Shown: positions 1-10,906 of the stretch, one piece after another
How positions within the stretch are numbered: the first letter of the stretch is position 1
How the letters are laid out: each line of letters begins with the position of its first letter
NCBI GenBank assembly: GCA_036918135.1
Contig: JBALDB010000046.1
Span: 148,112-212,111 of the forward strand
Direction of reading: 5' to 3'
From: Nostoc sp.
GTDB taxonomy: Bacteria; Cyanobacteriota; Cyanobacteriia; Cyanobacteriales; Nostocaceae
Length of the DNA stretch: 64,000 nt
The notes under the pieces: model-generated
What the model saw: only the letters and a program-made list of their open reading frames with translations
What the model was told of the DNA's origin: nothing
The model's database searches: none
Program-made: the position numbers and the translations under genes

Positions 1-306
1 GCACTATATCATTTATCTGGGCAAGAAATCACCCTAGAACTGTTATTAGAAACAGCATCGATATCAGCAGGAATTTACACTCAGTATTTACGAGAACTGT
101 TGAGCTTGCTGCAAAAAGAACCACAACTAATATCTGCGATGCAACAGGTAATTGCCAGCGACCAGAAAGTAGAATTAGATGCGCTGGCTGCTTATAAACT
201 CGAAAGCATGGGTTTAGTTCAAATCAATGGCGATCGAGTTTCTCTGATGTGTGAATTATATCGTCTTTATTTTAGCCAACAGTTGGGAAAACACTCAAGA
301 TACTAA
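1..306 (+). CDS. AAA_35 (AAA-like/STAND-type) domain protein, C-terminal part; gene starts before the window
   Basis: The frame runs open from the window start. The C-terminus 'AYKLESMGLV...CELYRLYF' is typical of cyanobacterial AAA_35 proteins, and a second AAA_35 gene follows. Confidence 0.7.
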   Translation, partial: ALYHLSGQEITLELLLETASISAGIYTQYLRELLSLLQKEPQLISAMQQVIASDQKVELDALAAYKLESMGLVQINGDRVSLMCELYRLYFSQQLGKHSRY

Positions 307-405
307 TAATTCTGGTAAACTGTTGGCAGAAATGCTTTTTAGATGAATTTTTCAATACCAATACAAATTTTTATTTAAAATAACAAATTTTAAATTTCAA
401 ATCAA

Positions 406-1953
406 ATGAACAATTATCGATACCAAGTAGGTGGTACCCTAACGAGTGATGCTCCTAGCTATGTTGAGCGCAGAGCAGATATCCAACTATACAATGCATT
501 GAAACAAGGTGAATTTTGCTACATCCTTAGCTGTAGGCAAATGGGCAAATCCTCACTGATGGTGAAAACAAAGCATCGTTTGCAAGAAGAGGGCTTTCGA
601 TGTGCCACTATTGATATGACCAATATTGGTTGTGAAAATATCACTCCAGAACAGTGGTATAAGGGAGTTGCAGGTGACCTATGGTTAGGTTTCCAGCTAT
701 TAGGAAAGGTTAATTTAAGAACCTGGTGGCAAGAACAGAAAGATATTTCTTTGGCTCAAAAACTGAGTCGATTTATTTTAGAAATTCTGTTAGCTCAGTT
801 TCCTAACGAAAGATTGTTTATTTTTATTGATGAAATTGATAGTATTCTGAGTCTAGATTTTCCAGTTGATGACTTTTTTAGCTTAATTAGGTTTTGTTAC
901 AATCATCGGGCAATAGATCCAGAATATAATCGAATAACATTTGCGATTTTCGGTGTTGCGACACCTTCAGACTTAATTTCATATCGAAATCATACTACTC
1001 CATTTAATATTGGTAAAGCTATAGAAGTAAATGGTTTCACATTTGAAGAAGCTCACCCATTAGCTCTGGGGCTGGAGATTCAAGACAATTATCCTCAGAA
1101 AGTTTTGAAAGAAATATTAGCTTGGACACAAGGGCAACCATTTCTGACTCAAAAGCTATGTCGGGTACTTGTAAGTTTATCTCAAGACGATTTGGGTAGA
1201 AAGCTAAAAGTTCCTCCTGGTACAGAAGAATTTTGGATAGAAAATGTAGTGCGATCGCATATCATTGAAAAATGGGAATCCCAAGATGAACCAGAGCATC
1301 TGAGGACAGTTCGCGATCGCATTCTCAGAAGGGAACAATCTGCTGCTAGATTATTAGGAGTATACCAGCAAATCCTCCAAGGAATTAAAGTACCTGTTGA
1401 TGATAGTCGAGAACAAGCAGAACTTTTGTTATCCGGTTTAGTGATTAAAAAGCAAGGTTTTCTGAAAATTAAAAACCGCATTTATGAAGAAGTTTTCAAT
1501 CTAGAATGGGTTGGAAAAAAATTAGCTAACCTACGTCCTTACTACGAAAATTTCAATGCATGGGTAGCCTTAAACCAAGAGGATGAGTCTCGCCTATTGC
1601 GTGGACAAGCCTTAATTGATGCCCAAACTTGGGCAAATGGCAAAAGCTTAAGCAACTTAGATTATCAATTTTTAGCTGCTAGCGAAGAATTAGATAGGCG
1701 AGAAGTGCAGCAAGCATTAGAAGCCGAACGTGCTAAAGAAGTTGAAGCACGACTTGCAGAACAACAAAAAAGGATGGTTCAACAGAGAAGAAATTCCAGA
1801 ATAGTGGCACTTTTGCTTCTGGGTATGACAATCAAGTTGGTGATTTCAATAGTGTGGGGAATGTCACTTTTACGAAAGATTGATGCTCTGCAATCACGGA
1901 TAAAATGTACTCAAATAGAGCATCAGGGTACACTTAAAAGAATTTGTAATTAG
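406..1953 (+). CDS. AAA_35 domain NTPase with coiled coil and C-terminal transmembrane segment
   Basis: N-terminal 'YQVGGTL...YVERRAD', Walker A 'RQMGKSS', Walker B 'IFIDEID', 'GQPFLTQKLC', 'LLRGQAL' motif, and a hydrophobic helix near the C-terminus. Confidence 0.85.
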   Translation: MNNYRYQVGGTLTSDAPSYVERRADIQLYNALKQGEFCYILSCRQMGKSSLMVKTKHRLQEEGFRCATIDMTNIGCENITPEQWYKGVAGDLWLGFQLLGKVNLRTWWQEQKDISLAQKLSRFILEILLAQFPNERLFIFIDEIDSILSLDFPVDDFFSLIRFCYNHRAIDPEYNRITFAIFGVATPSDLISYRNHTTPFNIGKAIEVNGFTFEEAHPLALGLEIQDNYPQKVLKEILAWTQGQPFLTQKLCRVLVSLSQDDLGRKLKVPPGTEEFWIENVVRSHIIEKWESQDEPEHLRTVRDRILRREQSAARLLGVYQQILQGIKVPVDDSREQAELLLSGLVIKKQGFLKIKNRIYEEVFNLEWVGKKLANLRPYYENFNAWVALNQEDESRLLRGQALIDAQTWANGKSLSNLDYQFLAASEELDRREVQQALEAERAKEVEARLAEQQKRMVQQRRNSRIVALLLLGMTIKLVISIVWGMSLLRKIDALQSRIKCTQIEHQGTLKRICN

Positions 1954-1957
1954 TCAT

Positions 1958-2118
1958 ATAAAGTTCGGCTAATTACTTACAATATGGTTAGTCTTTTTAG
2001 TAATTGGTAATTGCGAATTGGGAAAAAGGAAATAAATAACTGACGATTACCCATTACCTATTACCGATCACCCATTACTGACCCTCACAGATATCATAAG
2101 TATTCAACTGGACATAAT
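1958..2118. repeat. MITE-like element with ~28-bp imperfect terminal inverted repeats and internal heptamer repeats
   Basis: ATAAAGTTCGGCTAATTACTTACAATAT at the left end pairs imperfectly with ATATCATAAGTATTCAACTGGACATAAT at the right end. Internal ATTACCC/GGTAATT repeats. Confidence 0.45.
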
Positions 2119-2629
2119 ATGACTAATAAATTCTGTTTTTATTAATAAAATTCTGAGAGGAGAAAGCCTCCACTCAGAATAGAAACAGTTTACCGTATAA
2201 CTTTTCACAGTATATGAAAAAAGGTGTAAGGGTTTAGGGAAAACACACTTGTTTGATTTGAATTTTGGAATTTTACATTCCTTCTAGCGTCATCATACCC
2301 TTACTCCCGAACTCAAATAGAGTTTCCAGACCCCATGAAAAGTCAGGTTCCGGTAGAGTAACGGTATTAGATTGTGCTGTTATCACTTTCCAAACCACTA
2401 TTTATAGTGTTATTTAAGCTTGTAGCAATACTGCAAGCTATGATGGAATTTTTGACAGCCCATCTGTTACCGTGTTTTCAAATCTTAGCCTAAGTTTTTG
2501 CGATCGCTGAAAATTAGCAATTATCAACTTACACAAATTTAACCAGAAAGCTAAGATTATTAAAATATATCTTACTTTTGTAGCTCAACTGAGTTATCCA
2601 CGCAGAACGCCCCCGAAAAAGCGATCGCT

Positions 2630-4789
2630 ATGCTTCAGTATCCCCATCTCGAACAAGCGCTAAAATATTACTTTGGTTATGATAGATTCCGCCCCGGACA
2701 ACGGCAAATTATCGAAGATGCGCTGCAAAATCGGGATTTATTGGTAGTAATGCCTACAGGTGGCGGAAAATCTTTATGTTTTCAGTTACCTGCATTAATC
2801 AAAAAAGGTTTAACTGTAGTCGTATCGCCCTTAATTGCTTTAATGCAAGACCAAGTGGAAGCACTGCGAAATAATAATGTTAGCGCTACGTTTCTCAATA
2901 GTAGTTTGAATGCGTATCAGGTGCGATCGCGGGAAGAAGCCATCCTCAATGGGAAAGTTAGATTACTTTACGTCGCCCCAGAACGGCTGTTGAGTGAAAG
3001 ATTTCTGCCGTTTCTCGATTTAGTCCATCATCAAATTGGCATTTCTATTTTCGCCATTGACGAAGCACACTGCGTCTCTGAGTGGGGACACGATTTCCGC
3101 CCAGAATACCGCCAGTTGATATCTCTGCGAAAACGCTACACTAATGTTCCTACCCTCGCCCTCACCGCCACAGCTACCGATCGCGTCCGCAGTGATATCA
3201 TTCAACAATTAGGGCTGAAGCAACCTAGTATCCACATAGCCAGCTTCAATCGCCATAATCTTTATTACGAAGTTCGTTCTAAAACTAAGTCTGCATACGC
3301 ACAATTATTAGAACTGGTGCGAGAAAGCGAGGGTTCAGTGATTATTTATTGCTTGACGCGCAAAAAAGTTGATGAACTCACTTTTAAATTGCAAAATGAT
3401 AAAGTTTCTGCATTGCCTTATCATGCCGGATTAACTGATGAAGAACGCAGCAACAATCAAACTCGATTTATTCGCGATGATATGCGCGTTATGGTGGCAA
3501 CAATTGCGTTTGGGATGGGAATTAATAAGCCAGATGTGCGATTAGTAATTCACTTTGATTTGCCGCGGAATTTAGAAAGTTATTATCAAGAATCAGGCAG
3601 GGCGGGAAGGGATAATGAACCTTCACGTTGTACATTTTTCTTTAGTTTTGCTGATGTTAAAACCATTGAATGGAGTATTAACCAAAAAACTGACCCTCAA
3701 GAACAATTAATAGCCAAACAACAACTGCGGCAGGTAATTGATTATGCTGAAGGTACAGACTGTCGCCGGACAATTCAGTTGGGTTATTTTGGCGAACGGT
3801 TTGCTGGAAATTGTGGTAACTGTGATAATTGCCGCAATCCCAAACCGATGCAAGATTGGACAATTGAAGCCATGAAGTTTTTATCTTGTGTGGCGCGTTG
3901 CAAAGAAAGATTTGGCATGACGTATATTATTGATGTGTTGCGCGGTGCCAAAAGTCAAAAAATTATTTTAAATCAACACGACCAACTTTCTACCTACGGA
4001 ATTGGCAAAGATAAAACTGTAGATGAGTGGCGAATACTGGGGCGATCGCTTTTACATCAAGGAGTATTAGAACAGACTAGCGATGGTTACTCTGTTTTGA
4101 AACTCAACGCCCACAGTTGGGAAGTAATGCGGCGACAACGCACAGTTTCCCTAGCTTTGACTGTAGCAGAAAATATTACTTTGACACAAACAAGTGAAAA
4201 AGCTACAGAAGCAGAGATATTAATGCAGAGATTGCGATCGCTCCGCAAACAACTTGCTGATGAACAATCTGTTCCACCTTATATTGTCTTTCAAGATTCT
4301 ACCTTGAAATTGATGGCCCAGGTACAACCTAAAACAATGACTGAATTTGGTAAACTTTCCGGCGTCGGCACTCACAAACTCGCCCAATATGGCGAAAAGT
4401 TCCTTGCAGAAATTCGCGCTTACCGCCAAGAAAAAGGTTTGGTAGATGCAGCACAAGTTAATTTTACACCCTCTACTAGCTTACCTTCCGACACCGAAAT
4501 CTTGACATTTCAATTGCATAAACAAGGTTTGAGTGTTACTGAAATTGCCCAAAAACGCAATATTCGTCCCACGACAATTATCCGTCATTTGGCAGATTTA
4601 ATTGAGAAAAATCAGTCTGTAGATTTAAATCAGTTAGTATCTCTCGAACATCAGCAAAAAATTTGGCAAGTTTTAGAAGTGCTTGGCGACATCTCTTTAA
4701 CACCAATTCGAGAACAACTAGGTGAAAGCTATACTTATGACGAAATTCGCTTAGTGCGCGGTAAGTGGCGGCGCGAAAATCGTAAGTAA
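2630..4789 (+). CDS. recQ: DNA helicase RecQ
   Basis: Motif I '[12 protein letters not shown]', DEAH box, 'WGHDFRPEY', 'QESGRAGRD', Zn-binding CRR...CGNCDNC, and RQC and HRDC domains. Confidence 0.97.
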   Translation: MLQYPHLEQALKYYFGYDRFRPGQRQIIEDALQNRDLLVVMPTGGGKSLCFQLPALIKKGLTVVVSPLIALMQDQVEALRNNNVSATFLNSSLNAYQVRSREEAILNGKVRLLYVAPERLLSERFLPFLDLVHHQIGISIFAIDEAHCVSEWGHDFRPEYRQLISLRKRYTNVPTLALTATATDRVRSDIIQQLGLKQPSIHIASFNRHNLYYEVRSKTKSAYAQLLELVRESEGSVIIYCLTRKKVDELTFKLQNDKVSALPYHAGLTDEERSNNQTRFIRDDMRVMVATIAFGMGINKPDVRLVIHFDLPRNLESYYQESGRAGRDNEPSRCTFFFSFADVKTIEWSINQKTDPQEQLIAKQQLRQVIDYAEGTDCRRTIQLGYFGERFAGNCGNCDNCRNPKPMQDWTIEAMKFLSCVARCKERFGMTYIIDVLRGAKSQKIILNQHDQLSTYGIGKDKTVDEWRILGRSLLHQGVLEQTSDGYSVLKLNAHSWEVMRRQRTVSLALTVAENITLTQTSEKATEAEILMQRLRSLRKQLADEQSVPPYIVFQDSTLKLMAQVQPKTMTEFGKLSGVGTHKLAQYGEKFLAEIRAYRQEKGLVDAAQVNFTPSTSLPSDTEILTFQLHKQGLSVTEIAQKRNIRPTTIIRHLADLIEKNQSVDLNQLVSLEHQQKIWQVLEVLGDISLTPIREQLGESYTYDEIRLVRGKWRRENRK

Positions 4790-5106
4790 TAATTTCAAGT
4801 TTTAGCTAATAATTTAGAATTCAGGTAGAAGGTAGTGCGTTAGAATATTTTTTGCGACCAAAACCTTTTATACAAAAAGTGATAAATATTAGATAAGGGA
4901 TACATTAACGAAGCTAAAACACATATTCACTGCATAATCACTTGTGAGGTTCCTTGACTACTGACTGTTAACAGTCAATCGTCAGCCGTCAACAGCCAAC
5001 ACCAAAATATATGCTTTCTTAAATGTGAAATAGCCGATCTCCATCTCTCGAACTGCAATCAAGCTAAGTATTATTGCTCAAATCATCAGATAACCAGAGG
5101 GGAACT

Positions 5107-7764
5107 ATGACGGCAGAAGAACAACGGTTGCAAGAAGACCGCGATCGCAAAGCCTATTGGCGACGCTGGGGATCGTACGTGAGTAATCGGCAGTGGGGGA
5201 CAGTGCGCGAAGACTATAGCGCTGATGGCTCAGCTTGGGACTATTTCCCCCACGACCATGCCCGATCGCGTGCTTACCGTTGGGGTGAAGATGGGATTGC
5301 CGGAATTTCTGATAATCATCAACGGTTGTGTTTTGCGATCGCCCTGTGGAACGAGCAAGACCCAATCCTCAAAGAGCGGATGTTTGGCTTAACAGGCAAT
5401 GAAGGCAATCATGGCGAAGATGTTAAAGAATATTATTTTTTTCTGGATAACACGCCAACTCATGCATACATGAAATGCTTGTACAAATATCCGCAGCAGG
5501 CATTTCCCTACACACAGCTAGTAGAAGAAAACCGTCGTCGCAGCAAGCAGGAGGCGGAATTTGAATTGCTTGATACGGGTGTATTTGACGCAGACCAGTA
5601 CTTTGATGTGTTCGTCGAGTATGCTAAAGCCTCTGCTGAAGACATATTAATTCAAATCACAATTGCTAATCGCTCTTCCGAAGCCAAGCCATTGCATCTG
5701 CTACCTTCGCTTTGGTTTCGCAATACCTGGTCATTCGATGGCAATAGTGAAAAACCAGTATTAAAGGTACTAAAATCTGAGACAGATTTCAGCATCATTG
5801 AAGCGTCTCACCCTGGCATGAACGATTATTGGCTCTACTGTCAAGGTGCAGCAGAACTTTTGTTTACTGAGAATGAAACGAATTTTGAGCGGCTGTACGG
5901 CGTGGAAAATGCCTCACCCTACGTTAAAGATGCTTTCCATGAATATCTAGTCCACAATCGCCAGGATGCAGTAAATCCGAATCGGCTCGGCACAAAATTT
6001 GCAGCTGACTACAAATTGATGATTCCAGCAGGAGGAGAGCAAACTATACGCTTGCGGTTGGCAGATTGGTCTGGGATTGCCGAACCATTTGGCAGTGAGT
6101 TCGAGCAAATTTTTGGCGATCGGATCAAAGAAGCCGATGAATTCTACCAACGGATTACGCCGTTTTCCCTACCCGACGACCAGCGCAACATCCAGCGTCA
6201 AGCTTTTGCCGGGATGCTGTGGAGCAAACAGTTTTATCTCTACGTCATCGAAGATTGGCTCAAAGGCGACACGGCTACTCTAACTCCCCCCGATTCCCGT
6301 CGCAGTGTTCGCAACACTGATTGGCTACATCTGCATATTGATGATATTCTCTCAATGCCAGACACCTGGGAATATCCTTGGTTTGCTGCTTGGGATTTGG
6401 CATTTCACATGATTCCCTTGGCAATGATTGACCCAGATTTTGCCAAGCGACAATTGCAACGCCTGACGCGGGAATGGTATATGCATCCGAACGGGCAGTT
6501 ACCTGCGTATGAGTGGAAACTCAGCGATGTCAATCCACCTGTACACGCTTGGGCAGCGTGGCAAGTGTATCAGATTGAGCAGAAATTCTACGGTCACGCT
6601 GACAAACAGTTTCTTGAGCGCGTATTTCAAAAGCTGTTGCTCAATTTTACTTGGTGGGTCAACCGCAAAGATGCCGACGGTAAAAACATTTTTCAGGGCG
6701 GCTTTTTGGGTATGGACAATATTGGCGTGTTCGATCGCAGTGCGCCGTTACCCACAGGCGGTGATTTAGAGCAAGCAGACGGTACAAGCTGGATGGCAAT
6801 GTTTTGCATGAATATGCTGACCATCGCCCTCGAATTGGCTATGGATGAACCCATATACGAAGACATTGCCAGCAAATTCTTCGAGCATTTTCTACGAATT
6901 GCAGCCGCGATGGATGGGATTGGTAAAGATGAACTTGTCCTTTGGGATGAAGAGGACGGGTTTTTCTACGATGCATTGCTCTTCCCAAATGGGCATCATT
7001 GCGCGATGAAAGTGCGCTCAATGGTTGGCTTGGTGCCTTTGTTCGCGGTAGGAACACTGGAACTCGAAACTCTAGAAAAACTCAGCGGGTTCAGGGAGCG
7101 AACCGAGTGGTTTATCAAACATCGCCCAGACCTCACATCTGGAATTGCCTGTATGCACACTGAAGGCGAACACCAGCGGCATTTACTGGCAATTTTAGAT
7201 AGCAAGAAGCTAAAGCGCATCTTGAGCCGGATGTTGGATGAGCGCGAGTTTTTAAGTCCCTACGGAATTCGCTCTGTATCAAAATTTCACGCCGAACATC
7301 CATTCATCCTGCGCGTCAACGACGAGGAGTATCGGGTAGACTACGAACCAGCTGAATCTACAAATAACTTATTTGGTGGCAATTCTAACTGGCGCGGGCC
7401 GATTTGGTTTCCAATGAATTATTTAATGATTGAAGCTTTACAGCAATTTTATCAATATTTAGGAGATGACTACAAAGTAGAATGTCCAACTGGTTCTGGA
7501 AAATGGATGACGCTCAAGGAGGTAGCGATTGATTTGTCAAAACGACTTGAACGGATTTTTCAACAAAATGCTGATGGCACTCGACCTGTATACGGCGCTG
7601 TTGAGATTTTTCAGAATAATCCCCATTGGCAAAATTTGCTCACATTTAACGAGTACTTTCATGGCGACAATGGTGCTGGCTTAGGGGCAAGTCATCAAAC
7701 TGGCTGGACAGGAGTGATTGCACAATTAATTCATCACTGCGGCGAAAGCTCATCCCTCGTTTAA
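5107..7764 (+). CDS. MGH1-like glycoside hydrolase (GH63-like glucosidase)
   Basis: '[11 protein letters not shown]', '[14 protein letters not shown]', '[11 protein letters not shown]', '[20 protein letters not shown]'. ATG at 5107 follows a GAGGGG ribosome-binding site. Confidence 0.9.
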   Translation: MTAEEQRLQEDRDRKAYWRRWGSYVSNRQWGTVREDYSADGSAWDYFPHDHARSRAYRWGEDGIAGISDNHQRLCFAIALWNEQDPILKERMFGLTGNEGNHGEDVKEYYFFLDNTPTHAYMKCLYKYPQQAFPYTQLVEENRRRSKQEAEFELLDTGVFDADQYFDVFVEYAKASAEDILIQITIANRSSEAKPLHLLPSLWFRNTWSFDGNSEKPVLKVLKSETDFSIIEASHPGMNDYWLYCQGAAELLFTENETNFERLYGVENASPYVKDAFHEYLVHNRQDAVNPNRLGTKFAADYKLMIPAGGEQTIRLRLADWSGIAEPFGSEFEQIFGDRIKEADEFYQRITPFSLPDDQRNIQRQAFAGMLWSKQFYLYVIEDWLKGDTATLTPPDSRRSVRNTDWLHLHIDDILSMPDTWEYPWFAAWDLAFHMIPLAMIDPDFAKRQLQRLTREWYMHPNGQLPAYEWKLSDVNPPVHAWAAWQVYQIEQKFYGHADKQFLERVFQKLLLNFTWWVNRKDADGKNIFQGGFLGMDNIGVFDRSAPLPTGGDLEQADGTSWMAMFCMNMLTIALELAMDEPIYEDIASKFFEHFLRIAAAMDGIGKDELVLWDEEDGFFYDALLFPNGHHCAMKVRSMVGLVPLFAVGTLELETLEKLSGFRERTEWFIKHRPDLTSGIACMHTEGEHQRHLLAILDSKKLKRILSRMLDEREFLSPYGIRSVSKFHAEHPFILRVNDEEYRVDYEPAESTNNLFGGNSNWRGPIWFPMNYLMIEALQQFYQYLGDDYKVECPTGSGKWMTLKEVAIDLSKRLERIFQQNADGTRPVYGAVEIFQNNPHWQNLLTFNEYFHGDNGAGLGASHQTGWTGVIAQLIHHCGESSSLV

Positions 7765-8119
7765 GGACTTTGAGAAAATAAATTATTCTCTCTTAACAAG
7801 AATCATAATTATTAATAAGTGTTAAGGGAGAATATTTTACACATTTGCAATGTTCGCCTGAATAAAAATTTTAAAAGAAAAAGTTCTCAAGCAGTTCAGG
7901 AGGCAGGAGGAACCCACTCTTAAAAAGGTGGGATTGAAACAAGGAGGTTTTATACCTTGCTGCAAGTAGTCTCGGTATAATTATGATTTTAAACTGTAGT
8001 TCAAATCCTGCAACTTTAGCAGAGCCGGAGAAGCTCAGCCTCCGATTTTAATTGATACTCTTAACCTCCTGCCTCCTAACTCCTGCCTTTCTTTGTAATT
8101 TATAGTGTACTTAAATTGA

Positions 8120-9295
8120 ATGGAAAAACAGATTTCAAGTAATGGATTAACCAAAGTCCAAGTACTGATTATGGCGATCGCTGCTGGTGTTTGTGTTGCT
8201 AACATTTATTATAATCAGCCAATCCTCAAAGATATTGCATCTTCTTTTGGAGTCACTGAAAGCGAAGCGGGTAGCGTATCTGTGCTTTCACAAGTTGGTT
8301 ACGGTTTTGGGCTTTTCTTCTTAATTCCTTTGGGCGATAAAATCAATAAGAAAAAATTGATTCTTAGCTTACTAGCATGTTTGTTTTGTTTGCTAATAGT
8401 GATGACGTTTGCCCAAAACATCGTCGAAGTTTGGATATTGAGCGTAGCAATTGGAATTGCAACAGTCTCAGCTCAGGTTATTCTGCCCTTAGCAGCAAGT
8501 ATAGATAGAGTCACTACAGGTCAAACTGTAGGTAACATTTTTACTGGTATATTGATTGGAATTTTAGCAGCAAGGGTTGTTAGTGGATATATTGCTGAAT
8601 GGTTGGGTTGGCGTTATGTATATGGATTTTCGGCAGTCATGATTTTAATTGTTACTGTCTTACTCAATATATATTTACCTAATGTTAAAAATGAATTTAC
8701 TGGTTATTATTGGGAATTATTAAAATCAACACTTCACCAATTAAAACGTTTTTCCTTATTAAGAGAAACGTCTTTAATTGGCGGGTTATTGTTTGGTGTT
8801 TTTTGCTCCTTTTGGACAACGTTGACTTTCCATTTAAGCGGAGCGCCTTTTCATTTTCAATCTGACACAATTGGGATGTATGGCTTTGTAGCGATCGCAG
8901 GTGCATTGATGGCCCCAGTTTTTGGTAAACTAGCGGATCGAGGTAACTCCCAACGTTCCTTAACTTTTGCTGTATTGCTGGTGATTGCAAGTTTAGTGAT
9001 TGCGAAAATTGCTTCTGGTTCAGCAGTGGCGATCGCTGTTGCTGTATTGTTACTAGATGTAGGTGTACAAGCAATGCAGGTTACTAATATCGCAAGAATA
9101 TACACTCTGGATGCTCAATCCAATAGTCGTATTAACACCGTTTACATGACCACCTATTTTATCGGCGGTGCTGTAGGTACTAGCATTGGTCTATTATGCT
9201 GGAATCTTGGTGGCTGGAATTTGGTGACTTGGCAAATGTTAGTTTTTACTTTGCTTGCATTTTTTATTATTGTCAGACCTAAAATAACTAAGTAG
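8120..9295 (+). CDS. Major facilitator superfamily transporter
   Basis: About 12 hydrophobic segments; 'ANIYYNQP', 'PLGDK', 'GKLADR', 'SRINTVYM'. Confidence 0.9.
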   Translation: MEKQISSNGLTKVQVLIMAIAAGVCVANIYYNQPILKDIASSFGVTESEAGSVSVLSQVGYGFGLFFLIPLGDKINKKKLILSLLACLFCLLIVMTFAQNIVEVWILSVAIGIATVSAQVILPLAASIDRVTTGQTVGNIFTGILIGILAARVVSGYIAEWLGWRYVYGFSAVMILIVTVLLNIYLPNVKNEFTGYYWELLKSTLHQLKRFSLLRETSLIGGLLFGVFCSFWTTLTFHLSGAPFHFQSDTIGMYGFVAIAGALMAPVFGKLADRGNSQRSLTFAVLLVIASLVIAKIASGSAVAIAVAVLLLDVGVQAMQVTNIARIYTLDAQSNSRINTVYMTTYFIGGAVGTSIGLLCWNLGGWNLVTWQMLVFTLLAFFIIVRPKITK

Positions 9296-9507
9296 GTTGG
9301 GAAAAATGAGTCCTATAGCTGTACTTAATAATTTGCGATCGATAGCTCAACCTCATTAAACGTAAAATGTGATTACGAGTAAAAAGAAGTCAAGCGTACC
9401 ACTTCCCTGCGGGACGCTACGCGAACGTGGAAGCAAGCTACGCGGAGCGTCTCGTAGAGAAGTAATCGCCAGGACTCTAGATTACATTTTCAATGTTGAC
9501 CTACTTA
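9288..9507. repeat. MITE-like element (TAAGTAGGT...ACCTACTTA) carrying nested short dispersed repeats
   Basis: Terminal inverted repeats. GC-rich SDR-like blocks at about 9394-9469 (CCCTGCGGGACGCTACGCGAAC, GGAAGCAAGCTACGC, GCGTCTCGTAGAGAAG); related blocks occur at ~57735-57790 and ~63345-63390. Confidence 0.55.
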
Positions 9508-9638
9508 AACAATAACCCCAACTTCTTTTAGAAGCCGGGGTTATATCGCTTTTAATTCTCACAAATCAAATAGATATCACCTTGCACCAATAAGTATATT
9601 TTATCCTCATCAAGGTAATATCTTGAAATCAGCGTGTT

Positions 9639-9806
9639 TTAAGTAAAGCTGGGGATTTCCAAGTTGGAATCTTGCGATGTTACAGCAGACGGTGATGTTA
9701 CAGTGTTCTTCTCTTTAGCAGACACAATTACAGATAACAGCTTAGGTAGCGCTACACAAACAACAGTACTAAGCAGCGTCATGAATAAACCATCTATCAA
9801 ACTCAT
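9639..9806 (-). CDS. Small hypothetical membrane protein (55 aa), paralog of 10432-10677
   Basis: ATG at 9806 with GGGGAG ribosome-binding site. N-terminal hydrophobic helix ending in 'CVALPKL'. Aligns without gaps to the neighbouring small ORF. Confidence 0.7.
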   Translation of the reverse strand: MSLIDGLFMTLLSTVVCVALPKLLSVIVSAKEKNTVTSPSAVTSQDSNLEIPSFT

Positions 9807-10431
9807 TATCTTATCTCCCCCGTTTGCAAAACTGCTATTCACATAATTATTAGTTTGAAGCAAAATTAGTACAATTACTTAAAACTAGATTTTGAATTTC
9901 CTTTCTCAGGTATAAGTTAACTAAATAATATATTTTTATCCAATGGTAACTATCAATTTTTAACTATCACCTTATTTCCTACTGTCTTGGGGTCTTCCTC
10001 TGCAACGTACTAGGGTATGTTATGGCTTTGCCGTCGCTGCCCTGTGGTCGCTTACCATCTTTTTCGTGACAAATCATCTAAAAATATGCGCCTAACACAC
10101 CCTAAAGTAATTTTATTTTTACTTGATAAATGACCTCTAATCGAATAGGAGTTCTATATTTGATTAAACTTAAGGGACTAATAAACAAAAAATATCCTGC
10201 TGTTCACACTTAATTGTCATCAGTCATCAGTCAGCAATTTAACGTAAGATAATTTATTTCTTGAAATTGGGTATGATTGGAAATTTGGAATATTACAAAG
10301 ACCCGAAAAACATATCATAGAAGATACAAAACTTTATCGGGTTCTTGAAGGTTTAGCAGAATTAGTCAGAGTGCTTGTAGGAATTCTGAGTAATACTAAT
10401 CTTAGTTGACCGAAAAGTTTTGCAATCGCTA

Positions 10432-10677
10432 TTAATTCGGAGAACACCGATCGCAAAAATCAGGACGAAATTTGCAGTATTGGCTACCCGTTAATGAGTA
10501 AACTGTACAATAGGGAAAACTCGTAAGTTGAATTTTGGCTGGTTGTAATTCTGAATTGTTGGGCGACAATTCAGTAAATTTAGTTTTATGAGCTAGAAAA
10601 ATATCTATCAGTTTAGGTAGCACTATGCAGCCAGCAATGTTAACCAAAGTTAGCAGTATAACGTCTGTGCAATTCAT
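10432..10677 (-). CDS. Small hypothetical membrane protein (81 aa) with Cys-rich C-terminal tail
   Basis: GAGGAG ribosome-binding site; 'CIVLPKL' helix; tail with four Cys. Confidence 0.7.
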   Translation of the reverse strand: MNCTDVILLTLVNIAGCIVLPKLIDIFLAHKTKFTELSPNNSELQPAKIQLTSFPYCTVYSLTGSQYCKFRPDFCDRCSPN

Positions 10678-10906
10678 AGGTAATCATCTCCTCTAAAAAT
10701 AGGCGATCGCTTTTCTTACTGCAAACACAATCCATAGCTTCCAGTCTATGCAAATTAATCTTAACATAAAGTTTTGTAAATATAAAGTTGGATTTCCTGG
10801 AATTATCGTAAACAACAGGGAATGTGGATAATGAGCACGGTTATTGTAGCGGAATGACAAAATAAGCTAGAAAGCGATCGCTTAAAAATCTTGATTGTAA
10901 GGTGTT

